Shown in pieces: positions 39,346 through 50,342 of a stretch of 64,000 nt of DNA. Numbering within the stretch: position 1 is the stretch's first letter; every line of letters begins with the position of its first letter. The DNA is from an uncultured virus (IMG/VR IMGVR_UViG_3300032893_000022) (Duplodnaviria > Heunggongvirae > Uroviricota > Caudoviricetes): the IMG/VR virus record IMGVR_UViG_3300032893_000022; one strand, given 5' to 3'. The notes beneath the pieces were generated by a model, which had not been told where the DNA came from, ran no database searches, and saw nothing but the letters and a program-made list of their open reading frames with translations. The translations under genes and the position numbers were made by a program.

Positions 39346-39828
39346 ATGCCTGATATAAATATTCAGGGGACAATAGTGTCCTTTCCAGATTCTGCCGCTT
39401 CTCCTAATTGGGCAGAAGCCATGGATCAATTCGCAAAGGCTGTAGAAGCAGCTTTAGCATCAGTTGTAGGAGCTTTTGACGTTGCTCCTCAAGCTTTAAT
39501 TATAGATCCATATAATCCAGGAACAAATGTCGATATTACAGCTTTATCGTTTCCAGTTTCTTCTGTTAGATCAGCTTTTATTAGATATGCAATTTTTAGA
39601 ACTACAACTACAGCATCTGCTTATGAATCTGGAGAATTATTAATTGTTTACAATCCAAATGGTCCTGTAAATAATAAATGGGAAATTGCTCAAAGATTAG
39701 TGGGAGATGGAAAAATTACTTTTAGCATTACAGATGCTGGTCAAGTTCGTTTTTCAACAACAGCATTAGCGGGAAGTAATCACTCTGGAAAACTTACTTT
39801 CGTAGCACAATCTATTTTACAAAGTTAA
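39346..39828 (+). CDS. Virion structural protein
   Basis: Follows TTAACAACT at 39302-39310; beta-rich. Confidence 0.55.
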   Translation: MPDINIQGTIVSFPDSAASPNWAEAMDQFAKAVEAALASVVGAFDVAPQALIIDPYNPGTNVDITALSFPVSSVRSAFIRYAIFRTTTTASAYESGELLIVYNPNGPVNNKWEIAQRLVGDGKITFSITDAGQVRFSTTALAGSNHSGKLTFVAQSILQS

Positions 39829-39840
39829 GGAATTTCATTA

Positions 39841-42800
39841 ATGTTAAATATATTTCAATATAGACTTGGACTTCAAATAATTCCAGTTTCCTCAATAACA
39901 CAAGATGAAATGGGCGAATTACAAGTTCTTTCTAGTGATGGAAAATTATATTATCATAATGGAACAGTTTCTTCAGCAGTTGTAACTGAAGATGGACAAA
40001 ATACTGTTAGTAATACAAATTTTAAAGACAATTCAACATTTATCATTGATAACGTAGATGGAACTATTAGAATTGGATTTGATGCAGCAGGAACTACAGG
40101 TACAACTACTACAATTCAATCATCTCAAACGGCTAATAGAACTATTACTCTTCCCGATGCTACAGATACACTAGTTGGTAGAGCTACTACAGATACTCTC
40201 ACAAATAAATCGATTTCTGGATCTACAAATACTCTTTCAAATATTGCGAATACTAGCCTTTCTAATATGGCAGCTCACACAATAAAAGGCAACAATACTG
40301 GATCTTCAGCATCTCCTTCAGATTTAACAGGAACACAAGTTACTGCTGAATTAGATATTTTTGTTGGAGATAGTGGTAGTGGTGGAACAAAAGGTTTAGT
40401 TCCAGCTCCAGCTTCTGGTGATTCAGCCGCTGGTAAATTCTTAAAAGCCGATGGTACGTGGGCTGTCGTTGCTGGTGGTGGGATTGTTACAGACACTGGC
40501 CCAGCTACATTATCCAATAAAAATCTTGTAGATAATTCCACTTTTATTATTGATAATTCTGATGGAACAATTAGGATTGGTTTTGATGCTACAGGTACTA
40601 CAAGTACTACAACAGTTATAAAGAGTACTCAAACTGCCAATAGAACATTATCTTTACCAGATATCACTGATTTCTTAATTACTAGAAATTCTAATGATAC
40701 ACTAACAAATAAACTTTTAGAAACTGCAAATGTTAAATTTACTCAGACTGTTGGAACTCGATTTTTAAATTTTGATCTTTCGAGTCAATCTTCTTTTACA
40801 ACTTTAACATTAAATAGTTTAGCAAGCACTTCACAAACAATTTCTATTCCTGATAAAGCAGGTGGATATCAATTTGTTGGAGATACTGTATCTCAAATTC
40901 TAACCAATAAAGATTATGATGGTGGAACAGCTTCTAATACAAGTCGTTTAACTGTTCCTAAAGCAGCTAAAGCAACACTTGATGGTTTAACTCGTAAACA
41001 AGCAACAATTGTATATGCTTCAGATCAAAATAAATTATATTCAGATAATGGTACATCTTTAGTTCCCGTGGGATCTGGAGGTTCTGGCGGCATTAATTTT
41101 ATTTCCTTGGATTCAACTTTCCAACCTACTCAATCTGATTCAGTAGATGCCGAAAATACAGTAGGTAATTGGTTAGCATATGCTGATGCCGCTGGAACCG
41201 CTCCAGTTGATATGACCGGTGGAAGTCCTGTTGTTACAATAGCTAGAACAACTATTGTTGGCGAAGTATTAGATGGTGCAGGATCTTTTAAAGTTGTAAA
41301 AGATGCTGCTAATCGTCAAGGTAATGGAGTTTCTGTAGTAGCTTATATTCCGCTTGGTTATCGTGGACAACGTGCTTCAATTACAATGCCTTTTAAAGTT
41401 ATTTCTGGAAGTTTAGTTCAAAATGATTTAAAATTATATGCCTACGATATTACAAATGCTCAAGTTTTAACTCCAGAACATAATGATGTTATTTCTTCTG
41501 GAATATTAAAATCAGTTTTTGATATTCCAGCTACTTGTTCTCAAATTAGATTTGGTTTTCATTTTGCTTCTACATCCACAACGGCTGTTACATTTTCATT
41601 TGATGATGTTACAGTTGGTCCACAAAATATTTCTACTGGTTCTACAATTAGTGATTGGGTACCTAATAATAATTTTGTTCCTAATGCTGCTGGTTGGGGC
41701 ACAGTTACATATTTAGGTTTTCAAACAAGACGTGTAGGTGATTCATTACATGTTGTGGGAGAATTTAGAGCAGGAACTGTTTCTTCTGCTTCAGCTAAAA
41801 TTGCATTACCTCCCGGATTTACAATTGATCCAAATAAATTACCTTCTGTAAGTGGTGCACTAGCACAAGATTATAAAGCAGGATCTTGGGCAAGAGTTTC
41901 CACTGGTGTAGCTGTAGCACTTTCTACAGCAAACGTTTCTGGTGATGTTTATGTCGATGAAAATGATTTAACTTCTGTATATTTATCTGGTAGTGGTATT
42001 AGTGGTTCTTATAGAAATGATAATGCAAATACTCTAGCCAATAGTAATGATTTTATTAATTTAAAATTTGAAATTCCAATTGCTGGTTGGAGTTCTAATA
42101 CTACAATTGCTAATTCTGGAATTATTAGAATTTCAGAAGTTTTAGCTAATGGAACAAGAGTTACTTCAACTCCTTCTCAATTAGGAGAATATAGAACTCT
42201 TATTAAAGATAATGCTGCTTCTACTTATAGTGATACATCTCCTTCTTCAGGTCCCACTGTAACAGATGGTATGAAAATTTTCTCAACAAATGGTACTGGA
42301 GCTGGAACTTCTGGTCAACCAAATCGTTGGCAAATTTTTATTGGTAAAAATAAAAGTTATAGATTACAAACTTATTCATCAACTGGCAGAACTGGAAGAC
42401 TTTCAATTGATTATTTTATTGATAATTCAAGTAATGAAGTTGGCTTAGAAGTTGATTATGATCCAACAACTGGTATTATAGATCTTTTTATTCCTTTATG
42501 GATTGGAAATACTACTAGATATATTGGAGTAGATGCTGGAGCCAATGGAACATCTTCAATTACACCAGTGATGAATGGTTATTTTGATGTAATTGTTGCA
42601 GATAATGATTTTCAAATTCAATTAGATTTTCCTAATAGTGAAATAAGAGTTGATACATTCGCTGGTTATGGATCAACCAATAATAAAATTGTTCGTTTTA
42701 CTAATGTTGCAATATCTAAAGGAAATGACATTACTTATGTATCAGATGCTACTTTAGGAGATAGTTTTGTAATAAATACTAGTGGTAGATATGCATGTTC

Positions 42801-43056
42801 TTTTATGGGATATCAAGCTAGTGGAGCTGATTATATAGGAATTAGTTTAAATACTACAGAACCAACGGTTAGTATTATTGGACTTACAAATCCTTTAGAA
42901 GCTATAACTTTTGAATATCCTGGAGTTGCTACCGCAGCAATGAGTTGTGAATCAACTTTGAATTTAAATCCAGGAGATGTTATTAGAGCACATACAGGTG
43001 GAACCGCCCTTCAAGGTGGAACAAAATATATTAATTTTAGAATTGTAAAAGTATAA
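39841..43056 (+). CDS. Tail fibre protein
   Basis: 1071 aa; TLTNK repeats, KGLVPAP..G....FLKADGTW, duplicated ~60-aa module. Confidence 0.8.
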   Translation: MLNIFQYRLGLQIIPVSSITQDEMGELQVLSSDGKLYYHNGTVSSAVVTEDGQNTVSNTNFKDNSTFIIDNVDGTIRIGFDAAGTTGTTTTIQSSQTANRTITLPDATDTLVGRATTDTLTNKSISGSTNTLSNIANTSLSNMAAHTIKGNNTGSSASPSDLTGTQVTAELDIFVGDSGSGGTKGLVPAPASGDSAAGKFLKADGTWAVVAGGGIVTDTGPATLSNKNLVDNSTFIIDNSDGTIRIGFDATGTTSTTTVIKSTQTANRTLSLPDITDFLITRNSNDTLTNKLLETANVKFTQTVGTRFLNFDLSSQSSFTTLTLNSLASTSQTISIPDKAGGYQFVGDTVSQILTNKDYDGGTASNTSRLTVPKAAKATLDGLTRKQATIVYASDQNKLYSDNGTSLVPVGSGGSGGINFISLDSTFQPTQSDSVDAENTVGNWLAYADAAGTAPVDMTGGSPVVTIARTTIVGEVLDGAGSFKVVKDAANRQGNGVSVVAYIPLGYRGQRASITMPFKVISGSLVQNDLKLYAYDITNAQVLTPEHNDVISSGILKSVFDIPATCSQIRFGFHFASTSTTAVTFSFDDVTVGPQNISTGSTISDWVPNNNFVPNAAGWGTVTYLGFQTRRVGDSLHVVGEFRAGTVSSASAKIALPPGFTIDPNKLPSVSGALAQDYKAGSWARVSTGVAVALSTANVSGDVYVDENDLTSVYLSGSGISGSYRNDNANTLANSNDFINLKFEIPIAGWSSNTTIANSGIIRISEVLANGTRVTSTPSQLGEYRTLIKDNAASTYSDTSPSSGPTVTDGMKIFSTNGTGAGTSGQPNRWQIFIGKNKSYRLQTYSSTGRTGRLSIDYFIDNSSNEVGLEVDYDPTTGIIDLFIPLWIGNTTRYIGVDAGANGTSSITPVMNGYFDVIVADNDFQIQLDFPNSEIRVDTFAGYGSTNNKIVRFTNVAISKGNDITYVSDATLGDSFVINTSGRYACSFMGYQASGADYIGISLNTTEPTVSIIGLTNPLEAITFEYPGVATAAMSCESTLNLNPGDVIRAHTGGTALQGGTKYINFRIVKV

Positions 43057-43066
43057 AGGAAATTTT

Positions 43067-43570
43067 ATGCCTCTTTTACCCGGAAAAAAGAATATATCCA
43101 GAAATATAGCAGAGCTTATTAGATCAGGACGTGATCCTAAACAATGTAATGTATGTAAAATGGTTAAAGATTCAAGTGAATTTCACCAAAATAAAGCCAA
43201 AAAAGATGGTTTAAATAATAAATGTAAAGCATGTAATTGTTTAAAAGCTAAAGAATATAATAAAAATGTCTATAAAACAAAAAATGCCAAATTAAAGAAG
43301 ATATATGGTATAACTATTGAACATTATAATGAATTATTCCAAAAACAAAATGGTTGTTGTGCTATTTGCAATAAACCCGAAATAACAATCGACAAAAGAA
43401 CTAAAAAATTACGCGGATTAGCGGTAGATCATAATCATAAAACAGGTGAAATCCGGGGATTATTATGTTCAGCCCACAATAGAGCGTTGGGTATGTTTCA
43501 TGATGATATTAATGAACTTTTAAAAGCTATAGAATATTTAGAAAAAAGGAAATTACATGCCATTGCTTAA
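43067..43570 (+). CDS. Endonuclease VII-family nuclease fused to a copy of the next gene's N-terminus
   Basis: MPLLPGKKNISRNIAELIRSGR then CxxC, AVDHNH, RGLLC. Confidence 0.85.
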   Translation: MPLLPGKKNISRNIAELIRSGRDPKQCNVCKMVKDSSEFHQNKAKKDGLNNKCKACNCLKAKEYNKNVYKTKNAKLKKIYGITIEHYNELFQKQNGCCAICNKPEITIDKRTKKLRGLAVDHNHKTGEIRGLLCSAHNRALGMFHDDINELLKAIEYLEKRKLHAIA

Positions 43571-43772
43571 AGGTAAATCCAACATTGGACACAATATAAG
43601 AGAATTAATGAAATCTGGAAGACCGCAACAACAGGCAATCGCGATTGCCCTTTCACATGCCAGAGATACTGGAGCTAAGATTCCAAAAAAATCTGAAGGT
43701 GGATATATGGAAGATAAAGATGAAAAAAAGAAAAATGCTTATAGTAAACTTAGAAAAATGTTAGGAAAATAA
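43557..43772 (+). CDS. Small basic phage protein
   Basis: MPLLKGKSNI..NIREL..SGRPQQQAIAIALS pattern. Confidence 0.7.
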   Translation: MPLLKGKSNIGHNIRELMKSGRPQQQAIAIALSHARDTGAKIPKKSEGGYMEDKDEKKKNAYSKLRKMLGK

Positions 43773-43783
43773 AGGAGAAAAAA

Positions 43784-44383
43784 ATGCACGATAAAATGAT
43801 GAAAATGTTAATGAGTAAGAAAAAGCAAGGTAAAACCCTTTCTGATTCTGACAAGAAAGCGAAACTAAGTGCTTTAGAAGGTATGAGAAGTTTAGCTCAT
43901 GATGCCATGAGTAGCAAACTTAAGAACCTAAAAAAAGTTACTGTAGCTTCAGATAGCAAACCAGGTTTAAAAGCTGGTCTCCATAAAGCTGAAGATCTTC
44001 TTGATCAATCATCTGATGGAGAGTCAGAGAAATCGGCTTATGCCCAAGGTGGAAGTGTTGATGAATTACCTGACCACAAAAACCCCCCAAAGGATTTAGG
44101 TCCAAAAGGTCGAAAAGTTGGTCAACTTCCAGAAGAATTTGATCGAGATGAAGATCACGTTAGTTCTGAACATGATTATGACAATTCTCCTCGTCATTTT
44201 AATGAAGGTGGAGAGATGGAAGAAGAATCTCCAGAACATGAAGCTTCTGAAAGTCCAGAATTTGAAGCCGGTGAACAAGAAGAATCTCTAGAAAAAATTC
44301 TTTCGGATTCACCAAATGATCCAGATCAACTTGATGAACTCATTAAAAAGCTTGAAGAGAAAAAACGTAGTTTAGCTAAATAA
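43784..44383 (+). CDS. Putative internal head protein (basic N-terminus, acidic C-terminus)
   Basis: Contains YAQGG and FNEGG motifs. Confidence 0.55.
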   Translation: MHDKMMKMLMSKKKQGKTLSDSDKKAKLSALEGMRSLAHDAMSSKLKNLKKVTVASDSKPGLKAGLHKAEDLLDQSSDGESEKSAYAQGGSVDELPDHKNPPKDLGPKGRKVGQLPEEFDRDEDHVSSEHDYDNSPRHFNEGGEMEEESPEHEASESPEFEAGEQEESLEKILSDSPNDPDQLDELIKKLEEKKRSLAK

Positions 44384-44397
44384 AAATTGGAGTAATC

Positions 44398-45741
44398 ATG
44401 GCCGCAAAACCTTGGCTAACTAGTGATGATCTAATTGAAAGTGTAAAATTAAATATACACGTTCCAATTAGTCAAGCAACGTTTACCACAGATCATATTT
44501 TATCTTTTGCCAATAAAGAGATGATAACTTCTCAAGTTCCAAGTGTTCTTCAATTTCATGAAGATTTTTTTGAAGTTATTTCTGAAGTTCCTTTGAAACC
44601 AAATCAAAGTGTTTATCCAATACCTTATCGTGCAATTGGATTAAAACTTCGTGATTTGATGTATAGAGATAGTTCAAATAATTTAACAGAAATGACAAGA
44701 ATTACTGGCGATGAAGATATTTTTACTTATGGCTCAGGATCTGGAACTCCTCCTTATAAATATAAATTTGTAGGAAATGATGTAGTTCTTGTACCACCCA
44801 TTGGTGGACATCCTATTGGATCATTAGTTTTTGTTTATTATTTACGTCCTAATCAATTAGTTCCTAATAGACGAGCAGCAATTATTTCAAATTTTACCGA
44901 ATCTGTTACTCTTACTAATGCTTCTATTGTTGCAGGAGATACTGTAACTATCAATGTAATTCAAAGAAGTACAGATGGAAAAAATACTGTAGGTCAAACT
45001 GCTAATTTAAATGATATTAATATACTTTCTAGCTTAGTTTTTACTGCAGTTTCAGGTGCTCCAGGAGCTTTAGAATTCCAAATTGGAGCTACATCAGTTG
45101 ACACAGCCTCTAACTTAGTAACCGCTATAAATACTGATGGAACTTATTTCGCAGGTAATGGTTCTCCATCTACAAATACTGTTGTTATCCAATTTGAAGA
45201 TCTACAATTTCAAGTTGAAACCAGTAATACTTCTGGATTTTCTATTTTAGATACTATAGGTATTGCATTTGACAATCTTCCTACTACAGATTTAAATCCA
45301 AATACAGGTATTACAACTCCTTTATTTGAAGATGGTGCCTTAGTAGATTTTTTACAAACAAAACCTGGTCATAAAATTAGAGCGTTTGATATTAAAATTC
45401 CAAAAGGTGGATTAACTACAAATGCCATTGAATTTAATGATGGTGACGTTCCTTTAGATATGGAAGTTGGAGATTATATTTGTTTAGCTCATGAATGTAT
45501 CATTCCTCAAATTCCTTCAGATCTTCATGAAGTTTTAGCAGAAAGAACTTCTGCAAGAATTCAAAAGGCTCAAGGAGATGCCGCAGGTCTTCAAACTACT
45601 CAAATGACTATTCAACAAATGGAAGGTAATCAAGCTAAACTTATAGATAACCGTGCAGAAGGAACACCTCAAAAGGTCCTAGGCCGCCATACTCTTCTTA
45701 AAATTATGGCCCGAAGACGTTCACATCTAAGAGGTTGGTAA
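44398..45741 (+). CDS. Head-tail adaptor (podovirus tail tubular A-like) with inserted domains
   Basis: Helical ends (DLIESVK; IPSDLHEVL), Y.IP.RA motif, position before the nozzle. Confidence 0.65.
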   Translation: MAAKPWLTSDDLIESVKLNIHVPISQATFTTDHILSFANKEMITSQVPSVLQFHEDFFEVISEVPLKPNQSVYPIPYRAIGLKLRDLMYRDSSNNLTEMTRITGDEDIFTYGSGSGTPPYKYKFVGNDVVLVPPIGGHPIGSLVFVYYLRPNQLVPNRRAAIISNFTESVTLTNASIVAGDTVTINVIQRSTDGKNTVGQTANLNDINILSSLVFTAVSGAPGALEFQIGATSVDTASNLVTAINTDGTYFAGNGSPSTNTVVIQFEDLQFQVETSNTSGFSILDTIGIAFDNLPTTDLNPNTGITTPLFEDGALVDFLQTKPGHKIRAFDIKIPKGGLTTNAIEFNDGDVPLDMEVGDYICLAHECIIPQIPSDLHEVLAERTSARIQKAQGDAAGLQTTQMTIQQMEGNQAKLIDNRAEGTPQKVLGRHTLLKIMARRRSHLRGW

Positions 45742-48700
45742 ATGCCCGCAAGTGTAACTTTGAAAGCCTTGGGCTTGAACACGTCACCTAACCAATTAGA
45801 CGTTCCGGCTGGAAGTATGGTTCAAGCCTCCAATATTGTTATCCGAAATGATAATATTATCTCTCAAAGACGTGGTTTTAGTATATATGGAGAGAGTTTT
45901 GGAAGTTCTAGTGATAGAGCCAAACAGTTAATTAGTTATAGAGATCGAATAATTCGTCATTTTTCCAATCAATTAGAATTTGATACAGGAACACAAACAA
46001 CAAGTAATGTTGAAATTTTTGATTTATTTTCTGGAAATTATTTAGAAACTCAAACAGGTCTTAGAATTAAGAGCGTTGAATCTAATGGAAATCTATATTT
46101 CACTACAAGTGAGGGAATAAAGAAAATTTCAGCTAAAACTGCCGATGATTTAACAACAGATGCTGGATTTATAACCCAAGCCGGTGGAGTTAAAGCCGTA
46201 GACCTTGTAGCTGAAGCTATTTATGAATCAGGTAATCAAACAGGATTTCTTCCCCAAGATAGTGCTGTAGCTTATAGAGTTTTATGGCTTACAAGAGATA
46301 AAAATCAAAATTTAGTGCCCGGAACACCAAGTCAAAGAGCCGAAGTTTTTAATAGCCTATTAACACTTATTATACAAGATTTTAACGTTGTTTTAGGAGC
46401 ACTTGATAATATAAATCAAACTGGAAGCATTGTTAATGATGGCGATTATGCCAGTACTCTTTTTCTTCCAATTACAGCTTCAGCTTCAGAATTAAGATTA
46501 AATTTAATTGCTTTGGCATCTAAATTAGATATGGATATTAGATATGCTGATGAATCAGCTCCAGGATCTTATCCTTTAGATATTAGCGCAGTTAGTGTTA
46601 CTAGTAATGTTGTTACGATTACTTTTTCATCAGGAGATCCAACAGATTTCTTTGTTACAGGAAGTAAAGTTGAAGTTTCAGGATTTTCAGATAGTGCTGT
46701 TGCTTCTCTAGATGGAACTTTTTCTTTAACAGCAGTTACTCCAACAACTATTTCATATAATAAAACTGCCACAGATGGCGCGGGAACATTTACTGCCACG
46801 GCTTTCATACAAAGTAATGAATATAGATCTATATCTCAACCAGCTGTTCCAAGTACTCCTCCAACTGATGATGAATTAGCAGCTTTACAATCTTATTTAA
46901 GTGCAATTATCACCAGATTACAAAATGAACCAAATGCAGTTATTTCAACAAGTTTAGAAACAACTTATATAGATCCTCTAGATGTAACTACAGCTTCTAA
47001 TGTTCATCTAAAAATTACTATACCTTCTAATGTGACAAGTGATTATTTCTTTCAAATCTATAGATCAGACATAGCTCAAGCTACAGGAACTACAGTTTTA
47101 GAGGATTTAACACCTAATGATGAAATGAAGCTTGTATATGAAGCATTTCCAACCGCTGCCGAACTATCAGCTAGAGAAATTTCTGTAAATGATATTACTC
47201 CTGATATTTTTAGAGGTGCTAATTTATATACTAATGAAGCTACAGGAGAAGGCATTGCTCAAGCTAATGATGTTCCTCCATTTGCTAAAGATATCAATCG
47301 TTTTAAGAATGTTACATTTTACGCCAACACTAAAACTCGTCAAAGAAAATTATTCTCACTTCTTGGTGTTATTAACATGGTTAATGACTATGGAACAGGT
47401 TTAAATTCTCATACATTTACAAGCGCAAATGTTAATACAGTTACAGATACTATTACTATTACTAGTCATGGATATACTAATGGTCAATCTATTGAATTTA
47501 GTAATCCCACTCCTTCTAATTTACCTGGTGGAATAACCCAGAGTGTTACATATTATGCTTTAAATGTAACAGCTAATACATTTCAAATTTCTTTAATAAA
47601 AGGCGGAAGTGCTGTTGATTTAACTACTGGTGGAACTGGAACTCATACCGTTCAAAATCAATTGCCAAGATTGGTGATTTCTAATGGAACTACAACAAAT
47701 ACTTATAATTTTGTTGTTGGAGTTAAAGAAGTTACTCAAGTTACTACTGTTGCAGGTTCACTTTTAAATTCGTCTGGAACGGCAAGTTATTTCTTTTTAA
47801 ACAATGCCAATAATGATACAAAATTTTATATTTGGTATAAGATTGGAACTGCTACAGATCCTCTTCTCGCTGGGAGAGTAGGTATTGCGGTTGTTGCTGA
47901 TGCCGGTGATACAGATGCTCAAATAGCTCAAAAAACCAGAGATACTCTTATAACACATGTTGCTGATTTTACTGCTACAGTATCTACAAATCAAGTTACA
48001 ATTACAAATGTGACTTCGGGTTTTACTGATGATGCCACAGCTGAAACATCAGGATTTACAATAGTAATTTTAACACAAGGAACTGGTGAGGATGTAGCAA
48101 CAAAACAGATTCTATTATCAGATCTTGTTTCTGTTGGTCAAGCGGTTGATCAAACTGCTCGAAGCTTAGTTAGAATTATAAATAAAAATACTAGTGAAAT
48201 AGTTAATGCTTTTTATCTTTCAACTGCTGGCGGAGTACCTGGCCAAATGCTCTTTGAAGAAAGAGTATTATCAGATCTTAATTTTTATCTTTTAGGTAAT
48301 AATCTTGATACAGGTCTTTCATTTAGTCCTGCGGCTGATCCAGAGAATTTTATTGTTTCCAATTCCGCAGATAATCCCACAGTTATTACCTCCTCTTCAG
48401 CTCATGGATTAGTAAATGGAGATAAAGTAGTTATTGTTGGAAGTAATTCTACTCCTTCTATCGATGGTTTATGGCCTATTACTTTTATAAGTAATACAAC
48501 TTTTAGTGTGCCTGTTAATGTTAGTGGAGCAGGTGTTGGGGGGTCTTTTATTAAAGCCGCTAATGGAGTTTTCTCAGATAATGAAAAAAGACCTAATAGA
48601 ATCTATTTTTCAAAACTTCAACAACCCGAAGCAGTTCCTTTAGTAAATACAATAGATGTTGGATCTCAAGATCGTGAAATTTTAAGAATATTTCCTTTAA

Positions 48701-50331
48701 GAGATAGCTTATTTGTTTTTAAAGAAGATGGTTTATTTAGAATTTCAGGTGAAAATGCTCCTTTTGTGACAGCTCTTTTTGATAGTAGCTGTATTTTATT
48801 GGCTCCAGATTCAGTAAGTGTATCTAATAACTTAATTTATGGATGGACAACACAAGGTATTTCAACCGTTTCGGAATCTGGAATTGATGTTATTACCAGA
48901 AACATTAAAAATATCATTTTAAGATTAGCTTCAGATAATTTTCCAGGATTCAAAACTGCAACCTGGGGTATTGGCTATGAATCTGATAACTCCTATATTG
49001 TTTATACCGTGAAACAAGAAGGAGATACTTCAGCTCAAATCGGATATAGATATGATCAAATAACTCAGACTTGGACATCTATCGATAAAGATTACACTTG
49101 TGGTGTTATTCATCACAAAGATGATAAAATGTATGTTGGAGCTGGGGATACAAACTTTATAGAAAAAGAAAGAAAGCAATTTACTCGTCTTGATTATGCG
49201 GATAGAGAATTACCTTTTGAATTAGTGCCCGGACAATATTTTGGTACTTTCATGAAATTTTTATCCGATGTTTCTGAAGTTACTGAAGGCGATGTTTTAA
49301 TTCAAGAACAATTACTTACAATCTATCAATACAATCAAACTCTCAAAAAATTAGATATCGATCAACAAGTTGGAGATTCTGATTACTTTGCAACCTTGGA
49401 AGCCATTCCTGGGGATAATATGAGAGATAAAATCATAGCTTTGGCTCAGAAATTAGATGCAGATCCTGGAGTTACAGATACAGATTATTTTGATAGTATA
49501 GATACCAAAACTGGATTTATACAAAATATTAGTATATCAGATCCTACAATTATTACCACGGTTTCTCCTCATGAATTGCAAGAAGGAAGAATTGTAACAA
49601 TTACTGGGGCCAATTCAGTTCCTAGTGTTAATGATACTTATCCAGTTAGTATTGTATCTTCTAGTGCTTTTAGCATACCAGTAAATGTTGATATGACTGC
49701 TGGAAATACTGGTTCATTCTCAACAATTGATACAGATTTTAGAGATATTCAAGCTTGTTATAATTTTATTATCGAAAAAATTAATCTTGACACTGGAGTT
49801 AATTTTAGTAATTATCAACCATCTAATGGTACAACAATTCAAGAATCCATTGTTACTAGTGTCAGTAATGTTAAAAAAGAAATACATGTTAATTTAGCCT
49901 TGCCATATATTCAAGGACCAATGATAGTCTTTAAAGCTATTCCAACAGCTTTTATATATACTCCAATAACTTTTGATGATCCTTTAACTTTGAAACATAT
50001 TAGAGAAGCAACAATGATTTTCGCCAATAAAGCTTTTACAACTGCCAAAATGAGCTTTGCGTCTGATTTATTGCCTGAATTTAAACCTGTTCCAGTTCTT
50101 GGAGATGGAAATGGGATTTTTGGTTATAGTGGAAATATGCAAGGTTTTGGAAGTAATTTCTTTGGAGGGGGCTCTCATGGAGCACCTTTTAGAACCTATC
50201 TTCCAGCTGAAAAACAAATGTGTATTTATTTAATAGTTAAATTTGAACATCATATTGCTCGTGAAATTTTTGAAATCTATGGAACAACTCTTGTGGGCGA
50301 AACTGGAATAAGTTCAAGAGCTTATAGATAA
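45742..50331 (+). CDS. Tail nozzle/stabilisation protein (P22 gp10/T7 gp12-like) with inserted beta domains
   Basis: GLNT.PN start, NRIYFSK...PE, LFVFKEDGLFRISG; repeated IT...HGL..GD modules. Confidence 0.75.
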   Translation: MPASVTLKALGLNTSPNQLDVPAGSMVQASNIVIRNDNIISQRRGFSIYGESFGSSSDRAKQLISYRDRIIRHFSNQLEFDTGTQTTSNVEIFDLFSGNYLETQTGLRIKSVESNGNLYFTTSEGIKKISAKTADDLTTDAGFITQAGGVKAVDLVAEAIYESGNQTGFLPQDSAVAYRVLWLTRDKNQNLVPGTPSQRAEVFNSLLTLIIQDFNVVLGALDNINQTGSIVNDGDYASTLFLPITASASELRLNLIALASKLDMDIRYADESAPGSYPLDISAVSVTSNVVTITFSSGDPTDFFVTGSKVEVSGFSDSAVASLDGTFSLTAVTPTTISYNKTATDGAGTFTATAFIQSNEYRSISQPAVPSTPPTDDELAALQSYLSAIITRLQNEPNAVISTSLETTYIDPLDVTTASNVHLKITIPSNVTSDYFFQIYRSDIAQATGTTVLEDLTPNDEMKLVYEAFPTAAELSAREISVNDITPDIFRGANLYTNEATGEGIAQANDVPPFAKDINRFKNVTFYANTKTRQRKLFSLLGVINMVNDYGTGLNSHTFTSANVNTVTDTITITSHGYTNGQSIEFSNPTPSNLPGGITQSVTYYALNVTANTFQISLIKGGSAVDLTTGGTGTHTVQNQLPRLVISNGTTTNTYNFVVGVKEVTQVTTVAGSLLNSSGTASYFFLNNANNDTKFYIWYKIGTATDPLLAGRVGIAVVADAGDTDAQIAQKTRDTLITHVADFTATVSTNQVTITNVTSGFTDDATAETSGFTIVILTQGTGEDVATKQILLSDLVSVGQAVDQTARSLVRIINKNTSEIVNAFYLSTAGGVPGQMLFEERVLSDLNFYLLGNNLDTGLSFSPAADPENFIVSNSADNPTVITSSSAHGLVNGDKVVIVGSNSTPSIDGLWPITFISNTTFSVPVNVSGAGVGGSFIKAANGVFSDNEKRPNRIYFSKLQQPEAVPLVNTIDVGSQDREILRIFPLRDSLFVFKEDGLFRISGENAPFVTALFDSSCILLAPDSVSVSNNLIYGWTTQGISTVSESGIDVITRNIKNIILRLASDNFPGFKTATWGIGYESDNSYIVYTVKQEGDTSAQIGYRYDQITQTWTSIDKDYTCGVIHHKDDKMYVGAGDTNFIEKERKQFTRLDYADRELPFELVPGQYFGTFMKFLSDVSEVTEGDVLIQEQLLTIYQYNQTLKKLDIDQQVGDSDYFATLEAIPGDNMRDKIIALAQKLDADPGVTDTDYFDSIDTKTGFIQNISISDPTIITTVSPHELQEGRIVTITGANSVPSVNDTYPVSIVSSSAFSIPVNVDMTAGNTGSFSTIDTDFRDIQACYNFIIEKINLDTGVNFSNYQPSNGTTIQESIVTSVSNVKKEIHVNLALPYIQGPMIVFKAIPTAFIYTPITFDDPLTLKHIREATMIFANKAFTTAKMSFASDLLPEFKPVPVLGDGNGIFGYSGNMQGFGSNFFGGGSHGAPFRTYLPAEKQMCIYLIVKFEHHIAREIFEIYGTTLVGETGISSRAYR

Positions 50332-50342
50332 GGTGAAAAATA

